A stretch of DNA of 64,000 nucleotides from an uncultured Chloroflexia bacterium (GCA_963797095.1 CAWCNY010000001.1:128001-192000), one strand, 5' to 3'; positions 31,406 to 42,796 are shown, counted from the stretch's first letter. A program made the numbers and translations. Notes: generated by a model not told the origin, from the letters alone.

Positions 31406-32835
31406 ATGCCCGCATTTGAGATGGTGATTATCGTGCTGCTGATGCTCGCTAACGGCTTCTTCGCCACCTCGGAGATAGCAGTGGTATCGGCTCGCAAAGG
31501 GAGATCTCGGCAGCGCGCCGAAGAGGGACACCGGGGGCGGCGCTAGCTCTGGATCTTGCGGCCAACCCCAATCGCTTTCTCTCCACGGTGCAGGTCGGTA
31601 TAACTCTGATAAGCACTTTTGCCGCCGCGTTCGGTGGCGAGAGCCTGGCCGAGGAGTTGGAGAGTACGCCTAACACGGTGCCTGTCTTGGCGCCATATGC
31701 AGGTGGCATAGCGCTGGTAGTGGTGGTTGCATTCATATCCTATCTGTCACTCATCCTGGGCGAGCTTGTGCCGAAGAGGCTGGCTCTGCAGAACGCCGAG
31801 GGGGTAGCCTCAGCCATAGCTCCCGTGATGCGTTTCGTGTCCCGGGTAGCCGGGCCGGTTGTTGGCTTTCTGAGCCTCTCGACTGAAGTGGTCTTGTGGG
31901 TATTACATGGCCGCAATGTCGAGGAAATTCGCGTCGGCGAGGAGGATGTGATCGCATTGGCTCGCGAGGGAGTGGCAGCGGGTACGCTGGAGGCTACCGA
32001 GCAGGAGATGATCGGCAACGTCTTCAGCCTGGCGGATCGCACCGTGCGGTCGTTGATGACGCCAAGAACCGAGATGCAGGCGGTGGAGATCGGCACCCCC
32101 GTTGCCGAAGCTCTGAGGGCGCTCATAGCGTCGGGCCACTCCCGCTTGCCCGTGTACGAGGAGAGCCTGGACAATGTCGTAGGCATCCTGTTTGCGGTAG
32201 ATATGCTGCGTCAGTACGAACACAAGCCGGGTGAGTCGGATAGACCAGGTACCGAGCCCGGGTTAGCTAAGCTATCCGATTTGCGAGCGCTCATGCGCAA
32301 GCCTCTGTTCTTGCCGGAGGGACAGCGAGCTACTCTGGCCCTCAAGCAGTTTCGAGCGGAGCACAGCTCGATTAGGATAGTTATCAGCGAGTTCGGTGAG
32401 GTGGCAGGGTTGATCACCGTGGAGGACATACTCGCGGAGGTGGTAGGAGAGATAGGAGACGAACATAGTCAGGCACAGCAACAGATTGTACGGCGAGACG
32501 ACGGAAGCTATCTGGTAGACGGCTTGCTGCCGGTGAGCGACCTGGCGCAGAACCTGCCGTTGCCCGGGATTGAAGAGCTTGCGCGGGAGCAACGCTTCGA
32601 TACGGTCGCCGGGTTGTTGCCGCTGCAATTTGGGCGCATCCCGGCGGTGGGCGATACGTTGAATTGGCAGAGCTTCCGCTTCGAAGTTCTGGATATGGAC
32701 GGCCCCAGGATAGACAAGGTACTCATCCAAGCGGTGGAGGGAGACCCTGCCGGACAAACCGAAGGGGCTCTCGCGATGGGAGCGGTACTGCCGGTACCTC
32801 GATCTGACAGAGATGGGAGCACACCACACCGGTAA
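31406..32835 (+). pseudogene. HlyC/CorC (CNNM-CBS-CorC) family transporter, frameshifted near 31535
   Basis: 'ANGFFATSEIAVVSAR' in one frame, then 'NRFLSTVQVGIT..GELVPK..MTPR..GHSRLPVY'. One G is missing in a G5 run. Confidence 0.85.
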
Positions 32836-32962
32836 GGGCAGGCAGAGCTATTTAGCACGCCCGGCTATTAGTTCTTCCCTTCCCTTCCCTTCCCTTGCCT
32901 GGCTGGCCCTTCGTTTTCCTTACTGCTGCTTTGCCTACTCCCACTTCCTCCTTCCCTGACTC

Positions 32963-34231
32963 CTACTGCAAATAGCGAAGCCAGACATAGCCGGTGCTAA
33001 TGAGCAGCGAGATCACAGTTACAGCCACCCCGTACCTGAGAAACCGCCCGAAACTGATCCTGTGTTCGGCGCGTTCCGCCAGACTTAGCACTATCACGTT
33101 CGCGGAGGCTCCTACCGCCGTGGCATTACCACCCAGGCAGGCTCCCAGGGCCACCGACCACCATAGAGGCGTGATCGGCATGCTCTGCCCCAGGTCCTGA
33201 ACTATCGGCACTATCGTGGCCGTATAGGGGATGTTATCCACTATGCCCGAGGCGATGCCGCTCACCCACAGGAGAAGCAGCGATGTGGCTGCAAGATCTC
33301 CACCCGTCAAGTCCAGCAGCCATCTAGCCACGATCTCTATGAACCCGACGGTGATGAGCGCCTCCACGAGAACGAAAAGACCCATGAAGAAGAGTAGCGT
33401 GGTCCACTCGATCTCGCTTAGGGCATTGTGCACCTCCGTTCGTGAGATCGCCAGCAGCACAACTGCCCCGCTCATAGCGATCGTGGCGGCCCCCAGGTGG
33501 AGAGGTCCATGAACCAGGAAACCAACAATTACAAGTGTAAGGACTATTAGCCCCTGGACCAACAACGGTCGATTGGTGATGAGCTCATCTTCTTTCATTG
33601 CCATGGCCTCTTCGCGCTTTTCAGAGGGCACCTTCAACTCTTTGCGGAAGAAGAGTGCAGCGAGGCCGAGGTATACGATGTAGATGACGACCACAACCGG
33701 CCCCATGTTGAGAAGAAATGCGCCGAAGTCCAGCCCGGATGCGCTCCCTATGATGATATTGGGTGGATCCCCAATGAGAGTAGCCGCCCCTCCTATGTTC
33801 GAGGCCATAACCTCCGAAATGAGGAACGGTACGGGACTGATTCCCAGGGAGGTTGCGACGAACAACGTGAGGGGAACGATGAGCACGACGGTGGTCACGT
33901 TGTCGAGGAACGCAGACATCAAGGCGGTCAGGGTCGAGAGGAGCAGCAGGACCCGAAAAGGCTCGCCCCTGGCCCAATCGATAATCTTGCTGGCCAGCCA
34001 ACGGAAGAGTCCGGTACGCTTCAGCGTATTGGCTATTATCATCATTCCAGCGAGCAGGAATATGACATTCCAATCGACAGCCTTGAAAGCTTCCTCCTGG
34101 CTGATCAGGCCGAGCAACAGCACGGCCATGGCACCGAAAAGAGCCACCAGGGTCTTATGTACCTTCTCGACAGTAATCCCTGCATATGTGGCAACGAATA
34201 CCGCGACGGCAAGCACGAGATCCAGACTCAC
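32963..34231 (-). CDS. ArsB/NhaD (SLC13-like) ion transporter
   Basis: 'SAFLDNVTT', 'SNIGGAATLIGDPPN', 'VDNIP', 'LGGNAT.VGASAN'. Confidence 0.92.
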   Translation of the reverse strand: MSLDLVLAVAVFVATYAGITVEKVHKTLVALFGAMAVLLLGLISQEEAFKAVDWNVIFLLAGMMIIANTLKRTGLFRWLASKIIDWARGEPFRVLLLLSTLTALMSAFLDNVTTVVLIVPLTLFVATSLGISPVPFLISEVMASNIGGAATLIGDPPNIIIGSASGLDFGAFLLNMGPVVVVIYIVYLGLAALFFRKELKVPSEKREEAMAMKEDELITNRPLLVQGLIVLTLVIVGFLVHGPLHLGAATIAMSGAVVLLAISRTEVHNALSEIEWTTLLFFMGLFVLVEALITVGFIEIVARWLLDLTGGDLAATSLLLLWVSGIASGIVDNIPYTATIVPIVQDLGQSMPITPLWWSVALGACLGGNATAVGASANVIVLSLAERAEHRISFGRFLRYGVAVTVISLLISTGYVWLRYLQ

Positions 34232-34440
34232 TTCAAGTTCCTCCTCACGGCACTCTCGACACCGGGGTCCACCGCCCGCCGGTCGGTAATCCGACCTTTG
34301 CCGTCTCGTGTCCTGATACGAGTAAGCGCTCTCTATCTATGTGTGGGCACAAGATCTCTTCACTACCTGGTGACGTAGCGGCGTAATAAACAGGCAATCG
34401 CACTTTGTGCGCCCGGCGCTCACTGTAGGCGCTTTCCACC

Positions 34441-35019
34441 TCAGTCACATTCGAGGGTTGTCGGCTCGGGCAGCCGCAGGTATTGCTCCAACTGCTCGGG
34501 CGAGAGGATGGACGTCACCAAGAGGTGCCCTTCGAGTTGCGTGGCGCGCAACTTACCGTGCAGGCGCCCTATTTCCGCCGATTGCTCGTGAAGGTCATCG
34601 ATCGACAGCTCGCGCTTTGCAAGAGCCTTGTCGAGCTCGCTTTCGAGCCGGATGATCTCCAATCCTAGCTCCTTTTCGGCGAGTTCGATCCTGGCCGATA
34701 TGGCCTCAAGCTCGGCCACCTGCTCCGGAGACAGGGCCAAATACTCAACCAGGCCAAGCGCGTCTGAAGGAGCCGGGTACCCGCGCAGCCGAGCAGGGGC
34801 TGTGTATGGCCCGCGTAGGTCGTCCAGGAGTTGCTCCACGTCCACGGCATCGTAGGCGGCCGGGACGGCATGAGGTGTCGATGGGGACCAGGATGTGCTG
34901 GAGCGCCCTCTTCGTTCCATTTCGACCGCGATAGAGATGGCACTAAACGCGAGCACGCTCAGGAGTCCCAGGCGAAGCAAGATGTCACCGATGTATCCCA
35001 GGAGACTATTCCGCTTCAT
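34441..35019 (-). CDS. Exported Spy/CpxP-like (heavy-metal sensor type) helical protein
   Basis: Signal/TM N-terminus; 'GYP.P..L.LSPEQ...HL....ILSPEQL..Y..L'. Confidence 0.7.
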   Translation of the reverse strand: MKRNSLLGYIGDILLRLGLLSVLAFSAISIAVEMERRGRSSTSWSPSTPHAVPAAYDAVDVEQLLDDLRGPYTAPARLRGYPAPSDALGLVEYLALSPEQVAELEAISARIELAEKELGLEIIRLESELDKALAKRELSIDDLHEQSAEIGRLHGKLRATQLEGHLLVTSILSPEQLEQYLRLPEPTTLECD

Positions 35020-35090
35020 GGGAGCGGCCTCCTTTCGGGCGGAAAGCCCAGGTCTACTGTTAGCAGTTTGCTTCAGCCGCGAACCGGATT

Positions 35091-35208
35091 AAACAAAAAC
35101 ACCCGAGCCACACTGCGGCAACTCAGGCATCGGGCATTGCAGGTGGGCCTGGCGGGACACGTCTCACACCCTACAAATGCTACATCTTCTATTAGTTGTA
35201 TTATACCA
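35091..35208 (-). promoter_or_regulatory. Extended -10 promoter, structured leader and intrinsic terminator (candidate riboswitch)
   Basis: TGGTATAAT at 35208-35200; stem GCATTTGTAGG/CCTGCAATGC; CCGATG tail overlapping a G-U-rich hairpin followed by TTTTTGTTT. Confidence 0.6.
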
Positions 35209-35534
35209 TCTTACACCCCGTCCGACCAACCTTGCTTACCTGCTGCGTATGTCGCCGTGCGTATGTCACAGCCCGATTGCCTCGCCTCTCTATCACAAAC
35301 CGCATCTCGGGGATTGGGCATCATCGGAGCAGAAAGCAGCCCTGAGTTGTTCATTCTAGTGTACAATTAGGCTGCCAACCTGTATCATCAGAGCCATGAA
35401 GCGCCGGTAGAGCGCCCAGGCGTTGCGCCAAGGAATTCTGAGGGAACAAAGGACCCTCACCCGGCTGCACCTGGCAAAATGCTTGAGTGAATCTCAAAGG
35501 ATTGCAGGCTGAGAAGTAAGGTAAAGGGGGCCAT

Positions 35535-37028
35535 ATGCTGCAAACGGTCGATGTCGGAGAACGCACAATTGAAGCTTATCGCGGCGTGGCTCCCGAGCCT
35601 ATTCTCACTGAGTTGGTCGAACTCGGTGTGCGGCTTCGTGGCTTGAGGGTGCTGCACATCAACGCCACTCCCTACGGGGGTGGCGTGTCGGAGCTGCTAC
35701 GCTCGGTGGTACCGCTACTCAACGACCTGGGCCTCGTCGCCGATTGGAAGATCATCAGCGGCGACGAGAGCTTCTTCAAAGCCACCAAAGCCATCCATAA
35801 CGGGCTCCAGGGTGCGAAGCAGGGTTTGACCGCTGCCGAGCGCGAGGCATACCTGGCGACCTCAGTCCAGAATGCGGCCCTGCTTGAAGAGCAGTATGAC
35901 GTGGTGTTCGTCCACGACCCGCAGCCCGCCGCCATCTTGCCGCACCGAGGGAAGGATCACTCTCGCTGGATCTGGCGCTGCCACATCGACACAGCCCATC
36001 CCAACCCCGAGGTCTGGGCTTTTCTGCGCGGCTTCCTCGACCGGTACGACGCGGCCGTTTTCACGATGAAGGAGTTCGCTCCACCCGATCTGCCTATCAA
36101 GCGGGTGGAGATTATCCCTCCGGCTATCGACCCGCTCAGTCCCAAGAACCTTCCTCTGCCCGAAGGCATAGCACGCCAGGTGTTGGACTTTATAGGTGTG
36201 CGACTGAACCGTCGCCTCATCACCCAGGTGGCGCGCTTCGACCCCTGGAAGGATCCTCTGGGGGTGATTGCAGCCTACAGGCTGGCCCGTGAGCAGGTGC
36301 CGCATCTGCAACTCGCCCTGGTCGGCTCTATGGCATTGGACGACCCGGAAGGCTGGGAGGTGTACAGCACGATCCAGGCCGCGAGCAAGGCCGACCCTCT
36401 GATCCACGTCTTCACCAACCTGACGGGGGTGGGTAACATCGAGGTCAACGCCTTCCAGCGTCTCTCGGACGTGGTAGTGCAGAAATCTATTCGCGAAGGC
36501 TTCGGGTTGGTGGTGTCCGAGGCGCTGTGGAAGGGCACGCCGGTGGTGGCGGGCGAGGTCGGGGGCATCACACTGCAGATGGCCGATGGGGTGGGCGGCC
36601 TGCTGGTGGACAGCGTGGAGGAGTGCGCAAAAGCGATTGTCGCATTGCTCGAGGACCCCCAGCGGGCGGATGAGCTGGCGGCTCGCGGACGAGAGCGGGT
36701 GCGCAACTATTTCCTTCTCCCGCGTCTGGTGCTGAATGAGCTGACGCTGGTGGCAGGCATCCTGGGTGAGAGACCGGCTGGGGCACCCGTCGGGGCGCGT
36801 GTGGGGGCACGCGTCAAAGCAGGACCACCGGTGCCCGTCGCCAGGCGCGACGCGGTCTGCGGGATGGCGCTGTCGAAAAACCAGGCACACCTGACAACCG
36901 ACTACGAGGGCCATGCGTATGCATTCTGCTCGGAGGCGTGCCGGGCACGCTTTGTGAAGAGCCCCGAGACTTACGTCACCTCCACTGGCGGGCCTATGGA
37001 TCGGCCTACGAATCGTGTGGACGGATGA
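35535..37028 (+). CDS. treT: TreT-like trehalose synthase (GT4) with C-terminal YHS domain
   Basis: '[15 protein letters not shown]', 'VHDPQP', 'WRCHID', 'RFDPWKDP', '[18 protein letters not shown]'; tail 'RDAVCGM...[17 protein letters not shown]'. Confidence 0.85.
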   Translation: MLQTVDVGERTIEAYRGVAPEPILTELVELGVRLRGLRVLHINATPYGGGVSELLRSVVPLLNDLGLVADWKIISGDESFFKATKAIHNGLQGAKQGLTAAEREAYLATSVQNAALLEEQYDVVFVHDPQPAAILPHRGKDHSRWIWRCHIDTAHPNPEVWAFLRGFLDRYDAAVFTMKEFAPPDLPIKRVEIIPPAIDPLSPKNLPLPEGIARQVLDFIGVRLNRRLITQVARFDPWKDPLGVIAAYRLAREQVPHLQLALVGSMALDDPEGWEVYSTIQAASKADPLIHVFTNLTGVGNIEVNAFQRLSDVVVQKSIREGFGLVVSEALWKGTPVVAGEVGGITLQMADGVGGLLVDSVEECAKAIVALLEDPQRADELAARGRERVRNYFLLPRLVLNELTLVAGILGERPAGAPVGARVGARVKAGPPVPVARRDAVCGMALSKNQAHLTTDYEGHAYAFCSEACRARFVKSPETYVTSTGGPMDRPTNRVDG

Positions 37029-37037
37029 AGAGGCCCT

Positions 37038-37500
37038 CTATTGGGCCGTGTAACCCCCATCTATCACAAGCTCGCTGTCGGTGACGAACTTCGATTCGTC
37101 CGACGCCAGATAGAGTACCCCATAGGCTACGTCGTCCGGCTCGCCCAGGTGGCCGATTGGGTGCAGGCTTTCGAGGTGCTTCTGCATCGTCTCGGCATCG
37201 CCGCTTGCGTCCATAGCGCCTTGTACCATGGGTGTGACGATGTAGCCCGGGTGTACCGAGTTGACACGGATATTGTAGCCCGAACGGGCACAGTGAAGCG
37301 CGGCCGATTTGGTGAGTAGGCGTACTTCACCTTTGCTGGCGTTATATGACGCCGCTGTCAACTCACCGACAATTCCGAGGATAGATGACATGTTGATGAT
37401 GGAGCAGCGGTTTCCCTTGCTTCCATTTTCGCTTTGCTTCATTGCCTGGATGCCGTACTTGGTGCCTAGAAACACTCCATCGAGGTTGATGCTCATGAGG
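37038..37500 (-). pseudogene. SDR oxidoreductase, 5'-truncated
   Basis: 'IINMSS', YxxxK 'YNASK', 'VNSVHPG', 'DGGYTAQ'; no Rossmann GxxxGxG. Confidence 0.8.
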
Positions 37501-37592
37501 AAGCGCCAATCCTCATCATTGCCGCGAACAGGAGATTTGCTTTACTCATCGCGGATCCTCCTTCCACTGTCAAGCTGGTGCTACAGCACCCG

Positions 37593-38053
37593 TCACGCCC
37601 CATGCCCGACCTGGGCGAAAGAGTAGAGGGTTGCCGCCAGGTTGGCGATGTAGGTTAGGAGGGTAATGAAACCGACCGGTTTACTCACCAGGAACGCGTA
37701 GCCGATCATGCCCATGAGGCTGACGTAGTAAAGGCCAAGGTACGGCCACAGCAGGGGCGTACTGCGAAAGTCGAATTTCAAGATGTAGTCGAGCGTAAAC
37801 TCGACAGCGCAATAGAGCACCACTAATCCCGGCAAGATGACCAGCCACCAATCTCGCCGCCAGGCGATGTTAAGCCCGCCAGCAACGGCCATGGGGATCG
37901 CCAGCAGCACGACGGCTGTTCCCAGGTCGTGCCCCACTGCGCCATCCCCGCAGCCCGCGCCAGGAACATGCCTGCCAGCAACAGGTTCATCAGATTGGCG
38001 ATCACAACAACCGCCAGGTCGAGGGGACGAACAGGATCAGAAACCGTTTCCAT
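37593..38053 (-). pseudogene. Membrane protein, frameshifted paralog of 56268-56753
   Basis: 'DLAVVVIANL.NLLLAGMF.ARA' and 'LPGL...YC..EF.LDY.L..DFR' occur in both copies; frame break near 37937. Confidence 0.75.
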
Positions 38054-38459
38054 ACGTGTCTCCCCAGGCGCACCTTGGTACTCCTACTAACAACCTGCAC
38101 AACCTCTTCGTCGCCGGGCAACCTGATCGGCAAGCAGGTGAGACCAGGTGATACATGTACAGAAGGCTCCGGTCCCTTTTTCAGCTTCTCGAAGCGTCCA
38201 CTCTGACTAACCTCGCGATTACTCAGAGCTTCCGCCCCATCCACTGTCCAGTTCCTTGGAGCCCCTGTGGCTCTGGCGGCTCTTCGCCACCTCGGCACTA
38301 TAACGTGCCGATGTCACCAAGCTGCACTTAGCGCGAACTCGCACATGAAATAGCCCTCCTCCGCGATCGGTCCATGAGATCGGCCCTGAGTGGGATAAGA
38401 AGCTAAATTGGATAGCTAAAATGGTGGCGTGCAGTTGATGGCAGTGGATACTAGAGGAC

Positions 38460-39638
38460 TTACTGGCGCACCCCAAGGAGCAATTCCATTACCAGCTGGT
38501 CCAATTCCCCGTAGCGCCGGCCCCGTCCGGCCAGTGCGGCAAGGTCGAACTGCTGCGCCTTCAACCCCTCAGCCAACTCTTTGCTGTAGCCATCTGGTGC
38601 CGCATGACCTGTGTAGCTACTATCCAACGACTTTATTTCGGCGATCAGACCCTGAATCTCACCATCCTGCGCAAATTGCCTGGCCTTATCGCGCAGAATC
38701 AGATAAGAACGCATACAGCCTCTCGCGAAGGCCCATACGCCGGCTTCGTCCTCTGTGCGGTAAGCATGAGCATCGAAGTGGCTGGGCCCGCCATATCCGC
38801 TCTCCTCCAGCAATTTGACCAGGAAGAACGCTCGTTTAGGGTTTTCCGATGCGAAGCGGAAATCCTGGTCATAACGTCCCATCACCTGATCGTTGAGATC
38901 TATGTGGAACAGCTTGCCTGCCTCCAGAGCCTGGGCTACGGCGTGCACGAAATTCAGGCCGGCCATCGTCTAGTGCGCAAACTCAGGGCTGACCCCCACC
39001 ATTTCGGGGTGGTCAAGGGTGGAGATAAAGTGGAGCATATGTCCAACGGTGGGGAAGTATATGTCGCCACGAGGCTCGTTTGGTTTGGGTTCCAGCGCGA
39101 ACTGCATATCATAGCCATTGTCGCGGGCATACTCGCACAGGTAGTTGATGGCCTCACGGAAATGCCTGATGCCTTCTCCAGTATCAGGGTAGGCATCGCT
39201 TTCCGAACCTTCTCGACCGCCCCAGAAGACGTAGGTCGTAGCCCCAAGCTCCGCTCCCAAGTCTATCGCATGCATTGTCTTCTGAAGAGCAAACGCACGT
39301 ACCGCAGCGTCCGACGAGGTGAAAGCCCCGTCACGAAAGACCGGGTGGGTGAACAGATTGGTGGTGGCCATAGGCACAACAAGGCCGGTTTCGTCCAGCG
39401 CCCGCCTAAAATCGCGCACTATCCGATCCCGCTCGCTGAGAGAGGCATCGAACGGCACGAGGTCGTTGTCGTGGAAGTTGACACCGTAAGCGCCCAGATC
39501 GGCGAGTTTGCGCACTATATAAGAGGGGTCCATTGGCCTGCGAAGGGCATTGCCAAAAGGATCGCGTCCCGGGTTGCCTACTGTCCACAGCCCAAAAGTA
39601 AACCGGTCATCTTTTACAGGTGTAAATGGGTCAGCCAT
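38460..39638 (-). pseudogene. xylA: Xylose isomerase with an in-frame amber stop at 38972-38970
   Basis: '[15 protein letters not shown]', 'FHDNDL', 'WGGREG', '[10 protein letters not shown]', 'PEFAH*TMAGLN', 'HFDAH'. Confidence 0.92.
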
Positions 39639-39835
39639 ATCGTGGCTCCTCCTCTTTGGTCGCCGGTGCCCCTCATAGCTATTGAGCAAGGGGTGCGGAT
39701 CTGCGAGTTGCCCCAGGCCTGCTCCCCTCCCCTCCCCTCCCCGCCCCGCATCGAAGCGCTGGTTGGCAAAGGCCATTGAAGCTAGATTCCAGTTGATTTC
39801 AGAAAGTGGTATGAGGGAGGCAAGTTTGCCAACAG

Positions 39836-39928
39836 AGTGTAAGTCGAAGCGTTTCGATTGTCAATGGGTTTTGGCTATTGACAGCCGCCAGTAAGTGTGC
39901 TATCATCTTGCTCATTGAAGCGCTTCGA
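39836..39928. promoter_or_regulatory. Divergent sigma70 promoters with two LacI-type operators
   Basis: (-) TTGACA 39864-39859, 17 bp, TACACT. (+) TTGACA 39878-39883, 17 bp, TATCAT. Palindromes TCGAAGCGTTTCGA (39844-39857) and TTGAAGCGCTTCGA (39915-39928). Confidence 0.85.
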
Positions 39929-39996
39929 CTATGGGTTTCGATAACCGCTTCTATATATGAGCTATCTGAGCTCTGATATTTTCGCTATCCAGAGGT

Positions 39997-41046
39997 GTGC
40001 AATTGCCAACTATGCTTGATGTCGCCCGCAAGGCGGGAGTCGCACTTAGCACTGTATCTTATGCGCTGAATGGCACGCGTCCTATCTCGGCGGAAACACG
40101 CCAGCGCATATTCGCGGTCATGGAAGAACTTGGCTACAGGCAGCATGCCCTCGCGCGTGGCCTTGCCACCAAGCGCAGCCGTATTCTAGCTCTACTTTTT
40201 TCGGCCCCTGAACGTGGTCTCGGTAGCACAGAACTTGAGTTCGTTACCAACGCAGCGGATGCTGCCAAAGAAAACGGCTATCACCTGGTGCTGTGGTCTA
40301 CCGAGCTGCACAACGCTTCCGAGCTAAAACAACTGACGCAGCAAGGCCTGGCAGACGGCGTGATCATCATGGAAGTATATCTGGACGACGGTCGAGTGAA
40401 CCTGCTACGAGAGAGCGGGCTTCCGTTCACCATGATCGGACGCTGCGCTGATGCAGACAATATCGCCTATGTGGATATAGATTTCGACCGGACGACGCAC
40501 GATGCTCTGAGCCACCTGGTGGAGTTGGGGCATACAAACATCGCCTTTTTGAACCAGTCTCAGGCTGAGTACGATGCGGGCTATGGCCCTGCCGTGAGGG
40601 CACAGGCCGGTTTCCTTCAAGCTGCCCAGGCGCTGAAGGTCGATGGGTTTACGCAATTCTGTCGCGCTTTACCTGCAGCCGGATATGAAGCATTCAACGA
40701 GCTTGTGGAAGAGCATCCGGACATAACGGCGCTTATTATCATGAACGACCGAGCTATTCCGGGTGTTATGCAGGCTATAGCGGATCGAGGCTGGTCGGTC
40801 CCTGAAGACTTTTCACTCGTCACCATCGTTTCGTCGGCGCGTGTCGCAGAGATGGTAATGCCACCTCTCACCGCCATGTCCGCACCTGCCGTCGAATTGG
40901 GCCGTCTTGGTGTCGAGCTTCTAATCCAGCAGCTGGAGTTGGGCGAGAAAAACGCCCCCCAGGAATTGTTGCCATGTCACCTCGTCGTGCGCGGGAGCTC
41001 AGGCAATGCCCCGCAGACACTGGTACGCCGGGCCAAAGAGGCGTAA
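39997..41046 (+). CDS. LacI-family transcriptional regulator
   Basis: 'TMLDVARKAGVALSTVSYALNG' HTH plus sugar-binding domain. Confidence 0.95.
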   Translation: MQLPTMLDVARKAGVALSTVSYALNGTRPISAETRQRIFAVMEELGYRQHALARGLATKRSRILALLFSAPERGLGSTELEFVTNAADAAKENGYHLVLWSTELHNASELKQLTQQGLADGVIIMEVYLDDGRVNLLRESGLPFTMIGRCADADNIAYVDIDFDRTTHDALSHLVELGHTNIAFLNQSQAEYDAGYGPAVRAQAGFLQAAQALKVDGFTQFCRALPAAGYEAFNELVEEHPDITALIIMNDRAIPGVMQAIADRGWSVPEDFSLVTIVSSARVAEMVMPPLTAMSAPAVELGRLGVELLIQQLELGEKNAPQELLPCHLVVRGSSGNAPQTLVRRAKEA

Positions 41047-41056
41047 GTGAGGTATG

Positions 41057-41115
41057 AGTTGTGAGCTACAGGTAATGAGTTAACTTTGGCAACTCATTAC
41101 CTGTAGCTCACAACT
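41057..41115. repeat. Perfect 25-bp inverted repeat, 9-nt loop
   Basis: AGTTGTGAGCTACAGGTAATGAGTT / AACTCATTACCTGTAGCTCACAACT. Confidence 0.9.
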
Positions 41116-41211
41116 TCCAAAGCGGGTTTGGTTGGGCAAATATTGCCGGTGAGGTGACATAGCTGCAAAGAAGATAGGTACAACGTCAGTACACGCACAA
41201 AGGAGAAAGCA

Positions 41212-42663
41212 ATGCACAAGCGACTCTCGCAACTTGTGAGTTTTCCATTGGCTGCGGTTATTCTGTTCGGCCTGGTCGCCTGCGGTGGCGATGCCACACC
41301 GACGAGTGTCCCCGCACCGACGGCGACCACGGCCCCGGTCGCGCAGGCAACCGATACGGTAGCTCCGGTTGCACAGGCGACCGATACGGTGGCTTCAGAA
41401 GCTCCCGCGACGGCAACCCTTGCGCCCACGCCCACTACCCAAACGTTAGGCAACGCCGGGGGCAAGGTGCTTAAGATCTGGCATTATGAAGCAGCAGAAA
41501 GCGCCATGGGCGCTTCCTGGAACGATGCGATGCAGGATTTTGTCGCCGCGCATCCCGATGTTCAGATCCAGTTTGAGCTGAAGACTTTTGATCAGATACA
41601 GCAGACCGCCCAGATGATCCTCAACTCCAGCGAAGCTCCTGATGTGCTGGAGATCAACAAAGGCAACGCTACCGCCGGCTTGTATGCCAAGCAAGGCCTA
41701 CTTACCGACCTGACCGATGTCGCGGCACAACGCGGTTGGGACAAGATCATGAGCCCCAGCATCCAGGCAACCAGCCGCTATGACGACCGCGGCATCATGG
41801 GCTCCGGCCAACTTTACGGTGTAACTACCTACGGCGAGTTCGTGATGGTCTATTACAACAAGGATATGTTCGACAAGTACAACCTGAAGGTGCCCACCAC
41901 GTACGAAGAATTCGAAGCAGTCTGCGATGCCTTTGTCAAGGCAGGAGTCACCCCGCTCGCCCTGGGCGCTCTGGACAAGTGGCCTGTCACCCAGAACTTC
42001 TACGAGTTGGCACTCTACAAGGCCAACCGCGATTTCATCACTAACTACATGACCTTCAAGGACGACATCGATTTCCACGGACCGGAGTTCACCTACGCAG
42101 CGCAAGAGCTGGTAAACCAGTTCAACAAAGGCTACTATGGCAACAACGTCACCGGCGTGAGCTATGACGACGCCAATGCGTCCTTCGAGCAGGGCAAGTA
42201 CCCGATGACTCTGACGGGTAGCTGGATGTTCGGGACCTTCCTGAGCACGATCAAGGACTTCCAGTGGAGTCTGTTCGTGCTGCCGGGCAAGCAGTTCAAC
42301 ACCGGCTCTGGCGGCAACCTCCTTGTCGTACCTGCCGGTTCACAGAACAAGGATCTGGCTTATGACTTCCTTGATCTGACCCTGGCGAACAAGGCTCAGA
42401 CGGTCATGGCGAACAACGGCGGTATTCCGGTAAACGCTGATCTCTCTCAGATCACCGAGCCTCACACCAAGGATCTGAACCAGGCGTTCAGTACGATCGT
42501 AGAGAACGATGGCCTGGCTTTCTATCCCGACTGGCCGGCCCCAGGCTATATGGATACGCTCGGCGGTGGCCTGCAAGAGCTGGTTACCGGGGGGAAAACA
42601 ACCGACCAGTTCCTCGATGAGATAGCCGGTCCCTGGCAAGACTATAAGTCATCGTTACCCTGA
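41212..42663 (+). CDS. Sugar ABC transporter substrate-binding lipoprotein
   Basis: Lipobox 'LVAC', T/P/A linker, SBP family 1 fold motifs. Confidence 0.92.
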   Translation: MHKRLSQLVSFPLAAVILFGLVACGGDATPTSVPAPTATTAPVAQATDTVAPVAQATDTVASEAPATATLAPTPTTQTLGNAGGKVLKIWHYEAAESAMGASWNDAMQDFVAAHPDVQIQFELKTFDQIQQTAQMILNSSEAPDVLEINKGNATAGLYAKQGLLTDLTDVAAQRGWDKIMSPSIQATSRYDDRGIMGSGQLYGVTTYGEFVMVYYNKDMFDKYNLKVPTTYEEFEAVCDAFVKAGVTPLALGALDKWPVTQNFYELALYKANRDFITNYMTFKDDIDFHGPEFTYAAQELVNQFNKGYYGNNVTGVSYDDANASFEQGKYPMTLTGSWMFGTFLSTIKDFQWSLFVLPGKQFNTGSGGNLLVVPAGSQNKDLAYDFLDLTLANKAQTVMANNGGIPVNADLSQITEPHTKDLNQAFSTIVENDGLAFYPDWPAPGYMDTLGGGLQELVTGGKTTDQFLDEIAGPWQDYKSSLP

Positions 42664-42682
42664 GCCTTTCCAACCTGTCCAC

Positions 42683-42775
42683 ATTTGTCGCAGGGCGGGG
42701 CGAAAAATGAGAAATCTATGGCATCCGAACATCGTATTACGTGATCCTCATTTTTCGCCCCGCCCTGCGATAAAT
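42683..42775. repeat. 29-bp inverted repeat (1 mismatch), 35-nt loop, between the SBP and permease genes
   Basis: ATTTGTCGCAGGGCGGGGCGAAAAATGAG / CTCATTTTTCGCCCCGCCCTGCGATAAAT. Confidence 0.88.
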
Positions 42776-42796
42776 CGTCTTAGCTCATGAAAGGAT

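Noticed and set aside
35460-35471. 12-bp inverted match (CCCGGCTGCACC) to the glcF repeat core
   Set aside because: Short and GC-rich with no extended similarity; plausibly chance.
38970-38972. Amber read-through (pyrrolysine or recoding) in xylA and in the rve remnant
   Set aside because: The stops replace Glu and Trp by single substitutions, TAG ends many normal genes here, and no pyl genes are seen.
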